Assembly: GCF_008831285.2 (NCBI RefSeq)
Contig: NC_045138.2
Location: 38,750,001-38,814,000 of the forward strand
Direction: 5' to 3'
Source of the DNA: Nymphaea colorata
Lineage: Eukaryota
DNA: 64,000 bases
Shown here piece after piece: positions 28,894 to 43,089 of this stretch. How positions within the stretch are numbered: position 1 is the stretch's first letter; each line of letters starts with the position of its first letter. The notes under the pieces are model-generated. The model did no database searches. It was not told the origin of the DNA and saw only the letters and a list, made by a program, of their open reading frames with translations. Both the position numbers and the translations under genes were made by a program.

Positions 28894-29322
28894 GCAGGTG
28901 ATAAGCAACACCACTAGTCTAGAAGCATGTTTGCTTGTTGGTCTCGTGTATAGCCGACTCAACACTAACCAGGAAGTGCGGAGCGGTCACTGCAGGTGAT
29001 AAGCAACACCACTAGTCTAGAAGCATGTTTGCTTGTTGGTCTCGTGTATAGCCGACTCAACACTAACCAGGAAGTGCGGAGCGGTCACTGTGTTTCTTCT
29101 TCATAAGGTCGCCTACTGGGTTTCCTGATATGCATTCTGTGCAGATGTTTTCAGGAAGTACGGAGCCGTTGGTGCGTTTCTTCTTTGTAAGGTCGCCTAC
29201 TGGGTTACCTGATATGCATTCTGTGCAGATGTTTGCTTGGAGGAAGTCTGCTTTTGATTTTGAGATTAATTTCTTGTTTTCATGCATGCTTAGAAAAGGC
29301 TGATTGCATGCTTAGAAAAGGC
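28894..29322. repeat. Stacked tandem duplications (98 bp x2, 84 bp x2, 18 bp x2) just downstream of the CHR24 stop
   Basis: 98-bp units start at 28894 and 28992. 84-bp units start at 29068 and 29152. 'tgcatgcttagaaaaggc' occurs twice at ~29283-29322. Confidence 0.9.
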
Positions 29323-30018
29323 GTTTTTGGTGTAAAGGAAACTGTGGCAATTAGTTCAAGCCTAATAAAAAAAAATGCAATCTGAAAAAGCACTCTACTT
29401 AATTATATATCAGTTTGCAATTAATGTACCTCTTCTGATTTAAGATTGTGCTACATGACTACAACGCAGTGTATGACTGCTTTACTCCTCTTCGATGTGT
29501 ATTATAATCTGGAAGCGATGTCTGCCCACAGTGCAACATCACGTACAAGCAGAAGTTGGTCGTAGAATGTCGAAGCCTGATGGCATGCGCTGATTCACTT
29601 TTTGCATGCACCTTCCTAAGCAAATTCTAATAATCTGACTGGGAATTGATAAAAGGATCCAACCCAACAACAATATCAATCCGCTCTTATACTAGTCAGA
29701 TCTAAGTTTTGTTTAAAAATGGCCAAATTTTGTACAGAATCTGAATATGCTTACATAAAATTTAATTAAGTGGAATTTGTTTACCGCTGGATATGACTTG
29801 ATTGTAAATCATTAGACCCCCCCCCCGCCCCCACCCCCCCCCCTATTGCCGCAGCCCTATTCCCGATTAGCTTTTGATCGCCAATAAGTCTTGCACTTAA
29901 TGGGTGTTGTTGTCTAAGGTAATGAATTGTGATTTTTGTTGATTAAATTGGGAAATTTTTTTCGCAAATCCGATCTCTGTGTTCCTTATTCAAAACATGA
30001 TATCCATTATATCCATTA

Positions 30019-30271
30019 GAAGGTGTTTGATTACTCCAGATTTGAAATCTATAGATCTGACCCGACAATTTTTGTTGATGTGACAAAAGATCTATTCTAA
30101 AATTCATGATTTATCAAACTAAGGATCTTAGATCAGACCTAAGATGTACACTAAAATCCTTATTTTACGTCTCAGCATTGAGAAGATCGAAGGAGGGATT
30201 ATCACATCTTAAATCAACGGTTCTCAGGATAAATCTTGAGGATCTCAAATTCGACACTATCAAACACCTCC
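30019..30271. mobile_element. Tourist/PIF-Harbinger-like MITE
   Basis: TIRs GAAGGTGTTTGAT / ATCAAACACCTCC flanked by TTA / TAA, ~250 bp long. Confidence 0.65.
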
Positions 30272-30833
30272 TAAAGTCTGGTTTGGATTAACTGGATTCG
30301 ACTTGGCTGTGTTGTGATTTCAGAACACTTTTACTACTATAGCAGGCGACATGCAAGATCCCATAGGCGCTCTTCCCTTGGACTGTCAATGGCAGAGCTC
30401 GTGGCAGAAGTTGTAGGCAATTTTGTTCCAAATTGGAAGGTTAGCCATGAGTTTCAACTAAAATGTCAATGCAAAAAAGACTTGCACAATGATTTCTCCA
30501 ATTATAGTTCATAATTGGACCCATATTCTCCCTTACGACCAGGACCCCCGTAGTCATACTCCAGTGGCAGTTTTCTGGTTTCAAATCCAACCAGTAGGGA
30601 GAAAATGAGGCGGAGAGTAAATTCCTGACGAAAAGGTTGGAATTGCTATTCGGTCTGATTTATTTTTGGTGCACACTCGGGAGAAGGAACAGGAAGTTAA
30701 AATTCCACAACAATGTCTCATGGAAACCATGAGCCCTAGAAAAGGAAGTTCTCCATTACACAGAACTGAGAGTGAAGAAACCGAACATAAATCCGTTCTC
30801 CAAGAGTCTTGATTAGCTGGGAGAAGCAGCATC

Positions 30834-33800
30834 TCACGCAAGTTTCTGTTTCTGCGTTGAAACATTTAGTCTTAGTGAATCGTTCTAACAAGTGCCAGAA
30901 ATGGACAATATGTTGAGACTGATGAATCTCAAATCTTAGGACTTACCCTCTTCTCTTCTTCCATCCTGGCTTTGATGAATGAGTACATTGCAACGCCAGC
31001 AATAGCAATGGTTGTTCCGATACCTGTTTGGGTAGAGATCTTGTTTCCTATAGTCACATCAGGGCAATGGGTCAGTCTTGTTGCTAAGCAGGATAACAGG
31101 AAGCCGAATGGAATTTGATAAATGGATGATTATGGCAAAATGAATACCAAAAACTATGATCGAGAATCCAATGACGAATACACGCTTCAATACGTTTCCA
31201 ACTGCATGCGTTAAGGGGGCTACCCGTTCTAGTGTATTAGTTGCAAGCTGAAAAAAAGTGTCGGATTTCAGGCAGTGAGCAATACAATTATTTTCAAATC
31301 GAAGACGACCTATGCAAATTTTGGCATCCAATTCAACTTCTGTGGAAAAAAGAATCGACAGTAATCCTGTCGGATTCAACAGTAACTGATCTTAAGAATC
31401 TATTGCTGCGTGATAAGCAACTAATAAGTACCTCGCAGTAAGTAGCAACTTGAAAAACAGGACCTTCTTGCGAAAATGTATAAGCCAATCTATTATAAAT
31501 TCATTAAACGAAGTGTAATGATTCGACTGTTGGCAGGGATGGCTTTACCTGATTGTAGAGATGGTAGAACATGCCAACCCAAAAGAGATCAGACAAGAAC
31601 TTTGTGAGACCAACTTTAGCAATGGCATCCTTGAAACCATGTTGCAGCAGTTGTGGACCCTCGACCTGTAAAAAGCCATGACTTTAGACAAGAAACTCAC
31701 CAGCGAAGCCTGTTATTCTCTATTACCATAAATTTATCAACTATAAGCATCACTTACAATAACAGCCGGAGGAATGCAGACCAACAGAGCAATGATCGAA
31801 ATGTATGCATAGATATTTGTGCTGTCCATGTCGGTCTGCAATACCAATAAAAGTAAATGTTATTCTTGCTCATAAGCAGGCACGACCACACGAAGACAGA
31901 GAAGAGAGAGGGGGTGAACGAGAGAGAGACAGACCATGGCTTTCTTAGAGTAGATGCTTCTGTATGTAAATGAGATGTTTGAGATCATTGCACTGATAAA
32001 GCCAGTCCAATTGAAAGACAGCTCGGTCAGTGATGCCATTGACACACCTGAAGAACATTTGCTGTAGGATTAGTCCAATTCAAAAAATTTATGGAAAAGG
32101 GTATGACATGAGCATGTCCCTAGTAGTTGGCAGCCTATCAATTCATCCAAGAAGAACGACTAAAACAGCTAATGCATGTCTCTGTGCCTCAGAAGCCTAC
32201 GTGCAGATACGTTTCTGATGTTACAATTTGATGGAACATGGCAGCACCTTGACCATTTCTGGTGCTCGAAGCTGGAGTTCTTAAAATGAATACAAAATCT
32301 CTAGCATCTAAGTGAAGTAACTGCCAAGGATGTATTATGCATAATTCTTTACAACTGTAGAAAAAGAAGGTTTACTAATATCTTACCAATAACAACTGGT
32401 GCCAGGGACAGCCACAAAGTCAATGGAATCTGTTGACCAAGAATGAATTGAGAAGCAGCAGCATTGAAGAAGGGCTCCAGAGCTGCATGACTGCCATTCT
32501 CTTAGTAACACAAAAAAAAATTGCATGCACTCTCATAAAACATAGACATTTCACTTAAAGGCACCCATTTGGAAATGACAAGCATTTACCTTTGATGGTA
32601 TGAGTGAAAGAAACCGCTACGGCTGCAAAGGACACGTTGCTAGTAACGTGGCCAAGGGCATGGCAAACAGCAACAGGAACCAGCAATTTGAGGAGGTTGT
32701 TGTCAATAGGCTGCAACCAATGTCCATTTCATGAGTAATTAGAAAACGTGACTCTGCTATATTGAACTAGCCAGTGGTCTAGAATCAGTATAGGCTTTCT
32801 CCCTTCAAGAAAGAAGAAGCAGGTAGCAAGCTGCTGCATTTGTATGTTGAACTGTCCAAAGTTCAAGAGAAACTCACAGCACGTTTTGGGAGGCCAACGG
32901 TCCAGCTGACAAGACAGTAGACCACACCAACCAGCAAATGCACCACCGAGACAAAGCTAGAAGAAGATAATCTTTAGTAAATTCATGTGCCTCTCATCTG
33001 TATTCTCCATGACAGAAAGCAACAAGTGCAGCTGGAATACTTACTAGGGATATGGGAAATAATTGTAGATCTTCTTGTTGAGAATGTTGAATATCACATT
33101 GAGAAAGTACCTGCAGGCCACATTCTCTTTTAAAACGAACTCCTATGGCAACTGTTAAAATTTGGAACTTCCTGTGATAAAAATTCGACAAAACTCTATG
33201 CACTGGAAAGTTTTAAAATTTCGGACTAGAAGAGACGAAATCTTAAAGTCGACGCCTTTCCATAATTCCATGAAATGACCCAATTAAATACCAACATAGA
33301 GTCAGGTTCTTCCTTGCAGACACAAAATACATGGTCAGAATTTTTTTAAAAAATTTGAGTATTGAAATTTTGATTTTTGTTACTAAGTAAATACTCCCTA
33401 TTTAATAAAATAACTACAAAATTTTATTAAAATAACCAGTACTTACAAAGGGAAAAGATTGTTAATAACTAATATCAGAAATGTGACTTTCTTCATTGTT
33501 TCTGGCAGAACTTTATTCTTTGATGGAACCTTCTTAATTTCTTGTCTCATTTCTGAGAAAGAGTTGCGTATTCCCATCCTTCACATTTCCATGTCCGCCG
33601 AAGACGATAGACAAGCGACAGCTAAAACTAACAATCTACTAAAAAAAGTCTGTCTGACAGAGAACCACAATCACTGACGAATGAGATGAGCAGCAGATTA
33701 CATTACCACATGAAGAAGAAGAAACCAGTGACCAGAGCTGGGTATTTCTCCACGAAGCTGATGGACCGTTCCCTGCAACGGAACACAGACACACTCCCTT

Positions 33801-34144
33801 GAGGAGCCCCATGGACGAATTCCTGAAGGGGGAAGAAGAAAAAAGGCAGACAGACCTCACCCGGAGGATTCTCCACCTTCAGCGGCGGCAGCGCGGACGG
33901 GCTGAACAAGGTGCTGCTGCTGCCCGATGCTCCGCCTCGAAAGCAACAGTCCAGCCTTGCTCAGCAGCTGCTGCCGGTGGTGCCCACCACCCCACACGAG
34001 TCTGGTAACGCCACCCATGATCGTGCTGCTGCTGGTACTGCTGCATTTGACCCATCCGCTGCTTTCCCTGCGGCTACGGCCTCCCTCCTTGCTTCGGAGA
34101 ATTCCGGCTGCGTTCCTCGCGGCGGACACCCCGGCTGTCGCCAT
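30834..34144 (-). CDS. TPT: Chloroplast triose phosphate/phosphate translocator, multi-exon
   Basis: Transit-peptide exon 1 (MATAGVSAA...), then [86 protein letters not shown] and [42 protein letters not shown]. Last mini-exon 30834-30851 (KQKLA*). All traced introns are GT-AG. Confidence 0.93.
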
Positions 34145-37100
34145 CGCCTCAGGAAGACGCCACAGCAGGACGGTGGTAGGTAACTTTCTGCCCTGTTTAT
34201 TATGGAGCTCTGCAGCTCCTGACTATTTTAGAGGAACAGAAAGGGGGGAAGGGGGGATGGGTTGGCTCGAAATTATTGGAGGGTGGTGTGAGGGAGCAAC
34301 ATCTCCACCGTCTCCTATCCAGAAGGTATGGACGCCATGGCTCCTCCGTGCCAGCTTGTCCATCGTGTGGTTGATTCTTCCTCTCCCGTTTCACCTTTTC
34401 AGATTTCCTCCCGGGTAGTTGGGGTCACCGATCATGTGGCCTTTGTTCTATGGGTGCTACTATATTGGAAAAAAAAAAAAAGAGAGCGGCCACTCAGATT
34501 TTTCTGCCGTCAAGCGATTCAGAACTACGACGGCAAAACTTTTAGTGACTACCACTTGATTTCATCTGTTTGAAAACATGAAATCAGTGAGCAGTTCATG
34601 GCATCATGCTGCCAGGCATAGGAGAGGAGCTAACTAAACCAGATAATTTTTTTAATTGAGAATCTCAGAAGATGATGAGCAATTTCTAACCATTGTTTGT
34701 GATCGAGGTGCTTGTGTGATCAAAGATGGTAAATAATCTATCAAAAATTTACCGATGGTATTGTCCGGGGAGGATTTTTAAAGCCGTGCCCAATCCATCC
34801 TGCTACTCACCAAATAAAAAATAGCATTTACTTTTGAAAATCGAAGACTCTGTTTAATTTTCCCACTTTAGAAAACCAGGAGCAAGTGATGTTCCAGGAG
34901 CATTTTCCGTTTGCATGGCGGGGAATGGACTGGACCGCTGTTTTGTGCAGTCAGATACAGAGAAGAAAAAATTTAATTAAGAAATTCGGTTGGCTTCAAA
35001 TTTAAGTCATGGCATTTGATTGGATTCGGATTCAATTTTAAATAAAAATCCAATCGATTTGAATTCGTAATAAATTTTAAATAAATATCCTATGTCTAAT
35101 ATCCGTTCATTTTAAAAGCTTCCCAGGTCATGTCAAATTCAGATTTAGAAGTGATAAAAACTAAAAATCAGATTTGGATTAGAATCAGATTATTAATTTA
35201 GAAAACACATTGGAATATGATACAGGCATTTCTTCCTTTGTATACGAAACTGAATTGTGAACATCTTATTAAAATGGTGGGATTGACCCTCTCGTTCACC
35301 CGAAACATCTTATTAAAATCTAATTCCGATACACAATGTTTAGCGGGTGCTTAATAAGAAAAACACTATGGTTGTGTTTGATAATCTAAGTTCTTAGATT
35401 TGAGATTTGAGGTTGCATAAAAACCACAGTTTATTGAGGAACTTAATAACATGAATCCTCTATGTTAAAAACCATGGATTTAAGGTTGGATGCGAGAGGA
35501 ATTGAGATCGTAGAGATCTATCTTACATCACCGCAGATATATATCAGATTTGAGATAAAACAAACACAAAAGCATCCATAGTATGAGAAATGTCATGTTT
35601 TTGTTTCAAAAGACATGACATGATTATGGATATTGTTTCTAAATTTAACAGCTAAATACTGTACATATTGGCCCCATCTTTTTTAAAATAAGAAAATGCC
35701 GCTAACATGCGTCGAAGATGTTTTGCGAATGTTCTTCTTACAAACACCCTTCTTTGATGCGTGGATCTTGTCATGACCCGTGGCAAAAGGATGTTTGTAT
35801 TGGTTCGGGGACGAGTCACATGACACACACAAATTGATGGTGGGGTGGGGCTGACTAGTAAATGCAGTAAGGAATACATACTGAGAAATTAATTGAATGT
35901 CGGAACACAAAGTCTTCGTCTGGTGAACATGGTGTTCTGTGGGGTTCAGCCACACGAACTGCAGCTGTTCAGGGCATTCAAACACCTTTTAGAGGGGGCA
36001 GGACTCACCTAATTCCACCACTTGGAAGCAGGTGTTCTAAATTAATTTAAGGATGTATAGTTGGTTCACCTAAGCATTGAAGCGAGTCAGAGACTTAGAA
36101 GTGGTGTAGTCAGAGACTTAAAAGTAGTGTTCAATCAATAAATCGAACAGATGATCACGCTTTTATCGGTCTAGCAATTTAACCAGCTATGTTATGTCTC
36201 TTGACTTAGAGATAAAAAAAATCCTCAAACCTGATAAAACCTTTTTTTTCTCTCTCTCTAAGTAGTTACTTTTCCACTACCATATAAAGAGGTCATATCT
36301 CCTGAACATGTCGCGGGACCTTTTTACAGTTCAAGAGAATAGCGCACTAGGTTATGACAATGAATACACATTCCCTTTGACCAGACCACCTGACCGCCCA
36401 ATGCACTACAGGACGGGGTGGTTTCTGGTGGGTCCGACTAATTGTGAGTGCTGGGAGGTGATAAACTCTCGCGGCCTTATCCATATTGGCATGGGCAAAT
36501 CTTTGCCAGATTTATCAGTGGGACAAAAGATCCCCATCACCTCATTTTTGTGTCATTTAGCTACGTATACGCTCATTTGCCCTGAGACAACACGTCCTAC
36601 TACATTTTATCTAATTTATTTGAATTTATGTGAGTACCCGTGCAATTTTGGGAATCTTTTTCTGGGGGGCAGAGAAAATTTTTCACAGGGGATTTTGGGT
36701 TCTTGAATGAGTCTCCATTGTAAAATTAAACTAAAAAAACTTGTTTTGTCAATGCAATGTGCTAAGTCAAGGGATTTTGGTTTACATACAAGTTCTTGGA
36801 AGAATCTAGGGGAAATTAAATTGTTGATTCTCAAAAAAATTTTCTTCCCAACAATGGAGATCAAAATGTATTTATGAATCGTCCACAATTGAAGAACTTG
36901 ATCGGCACTAATCATGATCAGCCGGATCGTCGGGGTTGTGGCGCGGTAGGGCGGCCCATGACTGTGAGGCGGGCAGTTCTTTGGCTCTAGCCCATGAGTC
37001 CGAGACACAAAACGACATCCGTTCAACATCTCACCAGGATAAAATAAGAAAATGACAATTTATTTTCTCATTTCATCCTTATGATAAATATGGGGTTATT

Positions 37101-38960
37101 TCCATAAATTTTAATTATGCATGAAACGTGTAATATGTTGAGGACCCGAACATATATAACCAGCTTGGCTAGCTCATCGGGCTTGACTATTTGCACAAGT
37201 CAAAACAAGTCTTTAGATCCAGTTGTAATGCATACAACAAATATATATATGAACTAAAAAATAAAGAGAGTTTGTAGTACTTTTAAAATTGTTTATAAAA
37301 AAATATAATTTTGGATTTTAACCTTTCAATAGATTTTCTTTTACTTTGTAAAAAAAAAACTAATTTTTTACTTTATTTAAAGATATTTGGTCGTTATATA
37401 AGTGCATGCACAATTTGTCATGCATAGTTTTTTAAAGAGAGGAATTCAAAGGCCACATTGTTCGATGCACCGCAGCGAGCAATGTCCGCTTGAGCATTTG
37501 TGGGCCAAAGTTTTAAACCATTTCTGTACATATGGTACCGTCAGCTAACCTGCCTTTTTAGAAGCATTTTCATTAGTAGACCCTCAACAAACCATCACTT
37601 GAAGTTATTTCTCAATAGACCATTGGTATTCAGTAAGCCGTGGCTGTGAGGCTTTGTTGGAAGTGCCTTTATCTATTTCCATACAAAAATTTGGATGAAA
37701 AAAGACTTTCTTAATAAAAAAAGTCTTGAAGTTAGTTGTTGACTAAACGTCTGACCATTGTCTTATTTGACGTTGAGATCGACCACATGTTGCTATGTCT
37801 TCTCACCACCACACTGCATGTTTCAAGTGTATTGCTTTGCCAAGGCAGGGGGCAAGAATGTCTTGTACCTTACTTGGCAAGCCAAGTAGAGTACAGCTGA
37901 TCCGCAACAACTATGGTGACATTAATTAATTTGCCTGGAGCCTGTATGATCAATGCAGGTGCCAAATTCACCCATCTGAATCTTTTAACCACATGGAGTC
38001 AAAAGAGTTGAATGTAATGTTAGCTCAACTACTGATTACTAGCCCGATGCAAGTTTGACATCGAACCCATGGGTTTTGAGCCTTTGAGTTTTTATGCTAA
38101 TTAATGCTATTCAGAAGTTGATGACATGCACCTCATGCATGTCTAACAACTAAGCCTTTAATCCTTCCAAGATTTCACGTTGTTTCATACAATAAGTGAT
38201 AGCGTGAGAATTCTGTCAGATTTATTGACATACTCGATTTCCCGTAGATGTGAAATCGGAATTGCACCTTCTATACGTTTGCTTGAAATAACACATAAAT
38301 GAGCTCTCCCACTTAGCCCGTATGTACAATTTGGTGGCTTGGCTTTGCTCAAATCAGTCAATAGAGAAACTGTTGAAAAGATAAAAATCTCAGGTGCTTA
38401 GTTAGAAGTACCGCTAAGAGATCACGATTCACAGACAGGTAGAGAGCAGTTTTGTGGTATAAGAAATGAGAGACTTATTTACTCGATTTGGTTGCTTAAG
38501 CTCAATTTCTTTCTGTTTCAGCAATCTTTATCCTATCACATAGCACCTTCATCTTGGTGCCAGCTTCTTCTTTCGATTTGTGTCAAGCAACAGGACCTGA
38601 TTTTGATCTTGCTAATTCTGATTGGGGCCATAATTCTAAACTGAATCTTTTCTATCTCAGAAGTTTTGAAACGACAACTGTTGGCACCGCAGCAGTGATC
38701 AATGGCTTGTTGAAGAATGTGTTGTATTTAATTTAATATAAACTGATGATTACAAGGGTGTGCATGTAACCAGTTTCGTTTTTAAAGGTGCTCAAATTCT
38801 CATCAGAAAAAGACAGGATGTAATGACGATTCTTCTGGCTGTTTCTCTGTTCAATGACTATCTCAGATCAGGTTCGGAATTCATGGGGAACACATCAATC
38901 CCATCGACGTTATTCTTCAGAAGAACAGGCCGAAGATCGTCATGGGGAGTCTCTCATAGT

Positions 38961-39632
38961 CTATGACGTTACAGAGAAGCCGAGGCCGTGGCGCGTGGTG
39001 GGGAACAAGACGAAGATCATGCTGCAGAAGACCCCGATGCCGATGGGCAGCGAGGAGAGCACCTCCAGCCCCTGCTCCGAAGGCGCCGGGTAGAAGCAGT
39101 GGACGACGTTCTGGTCGAGCAGCGCCACCGCGTAGAAGACCATCACGGACGCGAAGCCATGCACGAAGTCGATGAACTTGAGGCTGTACTCGGCGGCCTT
39201 GCACGGGTCGAGCTCGCCGCCGTTGCCGTCGATCACCCACAGCCCCCTCCTCGTCGCCACGCCGTGGAGGACGCTCCCGTTCGCGGTCTTGAAGCTGTCG
39301 GTGAAGCACGAGACGAAGCAGGAGAGGGCGCAGAGGGCGACGAGACCGGCGGTCATGACGCGGCCGGCGTCGTCGCAGCTGCCTTGGTTGGTGAAGATGG
39401 GCGACAGCAGCTGGAACGCCAGCACCGTCCCCGTCGGCAGCAGGTTGGCCAAATGGGCCGTGCTCCTGAACGTCTGGCTCATCGCCTTCTGTATCAAACT
39501 CTCCCGGTCTTCACGCTGCTGCTGCTGTTGTTGGTCGTCGTCGCCGTCATTGCTCAGCAGCGGACGCGTCTGCTGCGACTCTTCGTCCTCGGTCCTGCCC
39601 AGTATCTCTCCTCCTCCTCCTGCCATTTTCAT
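38961..39632 (-). CDS. DUF679 domain membrane protein (DMP family), intronless
   Basis: TAHLANLLPTGTVLAFQLLSP, SCFTDSF, GVAT.RGLW, DFVHGFAS, CFYP and FPTTRHGLGF signature motifs. Confidence 0.92.
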   Translation of the reverse strand: MKMAGGGGEILGRTEDEESQQTRPLLSNDGDDDQQQQQQREDRESLIQKAMSQTFRSTAHLANLLPTGTVLAFQLLSPIFTNQGSCDDAGRVMTAGLVALCALSCFVSCFTDSFKTANGSVLHGVATRRGLWVIDGNGGELDPCKAAEYSLKFIDFVHGFASVMVFYAVALLDQNVVHCFYPAPSEQGLEVLSSLPIGIGVFCSMIFVLFPTTRHGLGFSVTS

Positions 39633-41119
39633 AAAGCTTAATCTCTCTGCTGGCCCAACAAAATCGTGTACACGAAGATGTGGGGAGCGACAGAAAAGAC
39701 TAAGCAGCTGAGATGATAGAAGGCGAGATTTGGCGCATTTATTTTGAGAGCAATCCAGAGAGAAACAGAGAGAGATTCACTTACAAGGAAGAAATGCGTG
39801 AGATCAACAGAGAAGTTTGCTTAGGAGGCAAGTTGGCGAAGCTTTAACGCATAGAGGGCTTGTGGGCAGGGGAAGGAGACGAAGACGAAGGCATTTGAAG
39901 CCACGCCATGGATGGCGCTGGCGTGTGGGCGACAGGTTCAGGCTGGTTCGCTTGGTGGGCCGCCACATTCTTCAAGGGTATCAATTTCTAATACATTGCC
40001 TCTTGTTTGTCAAACACCATGAATTTTGTTCTTCAGAAATTCGGTTTCCTATAATCGAAGCAAAATACTGGAATATCATGCACACAAACACTGTAAATTA
40101 AATTTATAAGATTTTAAAAATTCACAACCATGGTTTTTCAGTAAATACCGAAATCTCAAGATTTTTTTTTCTCCAATTTTGTGTCTTTATATATTTTGCT
40201 GCATTCCCTTACTATATTTTAAATTGCCACTAATTATATTGAAGCCGTTGACATCCGTTCCGACTAATTAGTTTATGAGATTGGGAGGGCACTAACTATT
40301 TTTAATGAACACGGATAGGAAGGCATTATTGGGACCAGATGGTGTTTGTTTAATTTTAAATGATGATAGTTTCTCATACTCAAACGCTGACCTACAGGTC
40401 AAAATTTGCATTGTGAATCGTTGTCTGGTAGTTTGGTGTCATTCTCAACGTGTTGACGAGTATCTTAAAAGTAGTCTTCTATTAAAAAAAAATAAAAATG
40501 CTTAGAAAGAGATATTTTCAGTGATGGTCTCAATCTTGTCGGTTATTTCGATCTCGTCTTTCTATTTTAAAATTTTCTAACACATGACCTATACGTTTTG
40601 AAATTTTCCAATATATATGATCTCGTCTTTCTTTTTTTTTTTTTCTGACACATGACCTAAACAGATTTTTTTATTGTCATTTCATTTCCCTTTTCTTAAG
40701 TAACCAACCAAACATAGGAAAGAAAGAGCACTCTTTCCCTTTCATTTCATTACTTGACATAGTTTGAGCTACGCTTTGGAGTCACGTTATTGTAAAGTGG
40801 AAGATGGGTTTTAAACGCAAAATTTTGGGAACAATCCTTCAAGAAACCAGTAACCACCAACAGCTCTCCTGAAAATATCGCCAATAAACGATAAGTTCGA
40901 CGATATTAACGCACTGGTTTGAGCCCCGGCCTGGAGATGGCACGCGTTCGCTCCAGCTGCCGATTGACTTGTGCAATCAACAGCTGCTGCTCTCTGGGAC
41001 ACGCAGCCGTCGCCGGCCGCTTACGCGTCCGTCGGTGGTGCGTCTCCGACGAGCGACGCGCGCCGCCCATGTACCTTAAAAAGGTGAGATGTGGGAGAAG
41101 GAAGAACAGTCGAGCGAGG

Positions 41120-42590
41120 ATGGCGGCGAGCGACGAGTTCCCTGGAGTTGTGGCGGCTGGAGGAGGGGAAGTCCCTGGGAGGCCGCTGACGGTGGGGTCG
41201 AAGATGCTGGACGTTGGAGCGGAGATGCTGCAGTCCATGAAGCCGCTCAAGAAGGTGGCGCTGCACGCCTGCACCTTCGCCCTCTACTCCCACGACCTCG
41301 CCCGACAGATCGAGGCCCACCACTACGTCTCCCGCCTCAACAACGATTTCCTCCAGTGCGCCGTCTACGACTCCGACGACGCCGCCGCCCGCCTCATTGG
41401 TCTGTTACGCAATCAATCCTCCTCTTCTACTTTCTTCTCTTCCACGAATTCGGAGAGTCTAACTTCTCTCTCTCTCTCTCAGGCGTGGAGTACATAGTGT
41501 CTGATCGGATATTCGAAAGCTTGCCGGTGGAAGAGCAGAAGCTCTGGCACTCTCATGCCTATGAGGTCAGTACTTTTTTCAGCCCATCATGCATAAAGTC
41601 ATGCATGTATGTTAAACGCTGTACTTTCATAGAGTTTCTGTTTGTTTCTACTGCGTATATGTCCGTCTGTAATTGTCTTTTTTGGGTTGCCGATACATAG
41701 GTGAAATCAGGGCTATGGGTGCATCCAGGAGTGCCGGAGGCGGTGCAGAGGGCTGAGCTGAAGAATCTTGCCAAGACATATGGTAAATTTTGGTGCACTT
41801 GGCAAACTGATCGAGGTAAACTTACACAGTGCTTGCTGTCCATCTTAGCAGCTAAGAGTTTCTTAGACTTTACTTCTCTTTCATTAAAAATGTAAAATCA
41901 TGTTTAAAAACTTGATTCTATAATCAATATTGTATATAGAGAAGCTACCTTTCATCTACCGCCTAATGAAATCAATTGAACCAAGTTTCAATCATCGTTT
42001 TAGCGTTATTTGTATACAGATGAATTGCAAATCTAAGCAACAAGTATGGAAACAACTTTTTTCTCAATTGCGTTGGACGCTTTCATTGAAAATCAGTGTG
42101 CCAATTTCCGATCAAGAAAATTGATCAGTGAAACTTTCAAGTCAAAACTTACACTAAACCCAACCAAGGTGGGTAGTCCATTACCATAGCCCAGAATCAA
42201 CTTCTCCCGCATTCGCTTTCTGCATTGCATCTTCAACTATACAGGTTATAATCTAGTGGGTATGAGCTGATGAGGTGCGTGGTTGGCGCAGGGGACAGGC
42301 TTCCGATGGGGATGCCGGCGCTGATGATGTCGCCGCAAGGGGTGGAGCACGGCAGGGTGAAGGAGGAGCTGGTGGAGAGGAGGGACCGGAGGTACGGGGT
42401 GTCGAGGGAGGAGCTGATGAAGGGGAGAGCGGAGATGGAGGAGCCGGAGTGGATCAACCCCAACGCCGACTACTGGAAGAAGTCGGGGAAGGGCTTCGCC
42501 GTCGACCACAAGGAGGTGGACATGGTGTTGAAGCACATGGGCGCCGCCAGCACCATGCCGGCGTCGACCGGGGCCCATCTCACGCCTTGA
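41120..42590 (+). CDS. Oil body-associated protein 2-like (DUF1264), 4 exons
   Basis: Exons 41120-41399, 41483-41565, 41701-41815 and 42292-42590. Motifs [71 protein letters not shown] and INPNADYW. Confidence 0.9.
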
Positions 42591-42933
42591 AAGATTCGCG
42601 TAGGTGGCAGCCGGAGCAGCAGCGATAGCGGCTGCCGCCCTTTTGTTTTGTTCTTGTCGTCTGCTTCGGCGAATGTACATAAAAAGCGTGTACCATATCG
42701 CGTGCAATGTGGCTCGATGCACGTTGTTTTTGCTATGTAGCTTGTTGCTGAATGTTTGGTTAAATAAGGGATGATCATCCGGCGCAAAGCCTTTCGGAGT
42801 TCAATCTTCCGGCGATGATTGAGGTGGATGAGAACTCGTAATCTTTGAATATCAATCGCCAAACGGCTATGAAGCAGTGAAAGTGCTAAACTTTAGTAAG
42901 CAACCAGGGAACCATTCATTCCTCCCGGGCTGG

Positions 42934-43021
42934 GCTCTCGCGTGGTAGGGATCCGATCAGATCAACCAGCGACCGTAAAGCTCTCGCGTGGTAGGGGTCC
43001 GATCAGATCAACCAGCGACCG
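42934..43021. repeat. 46-bp-period tandem duplication
   Basis: 'gctctcgcgtggtaggg(a/g)tccgatcagatcaaccagcgaccg' at 42934 and 42980. Confidence 0.9.
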
Positions 43022-43089
43022 GTTTACGGAAGAATTCGGACAGATGTAGGCGTCTATGGAACTAATGTCAAATGGGTTTTTGGGTTTAG

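Noticed and set aside
29817..29843. C-run / possible G-quadruplex
   Set aside because: Isolated homopolymer with no supporting context, and prone to sequencing error.
38917..39711. Long antisense and alternative-frame ORFs over the DMP gene (similarly over HD-Zip and OBAP2)
   Set aside because: Shadow ORFs caused by high GC3.
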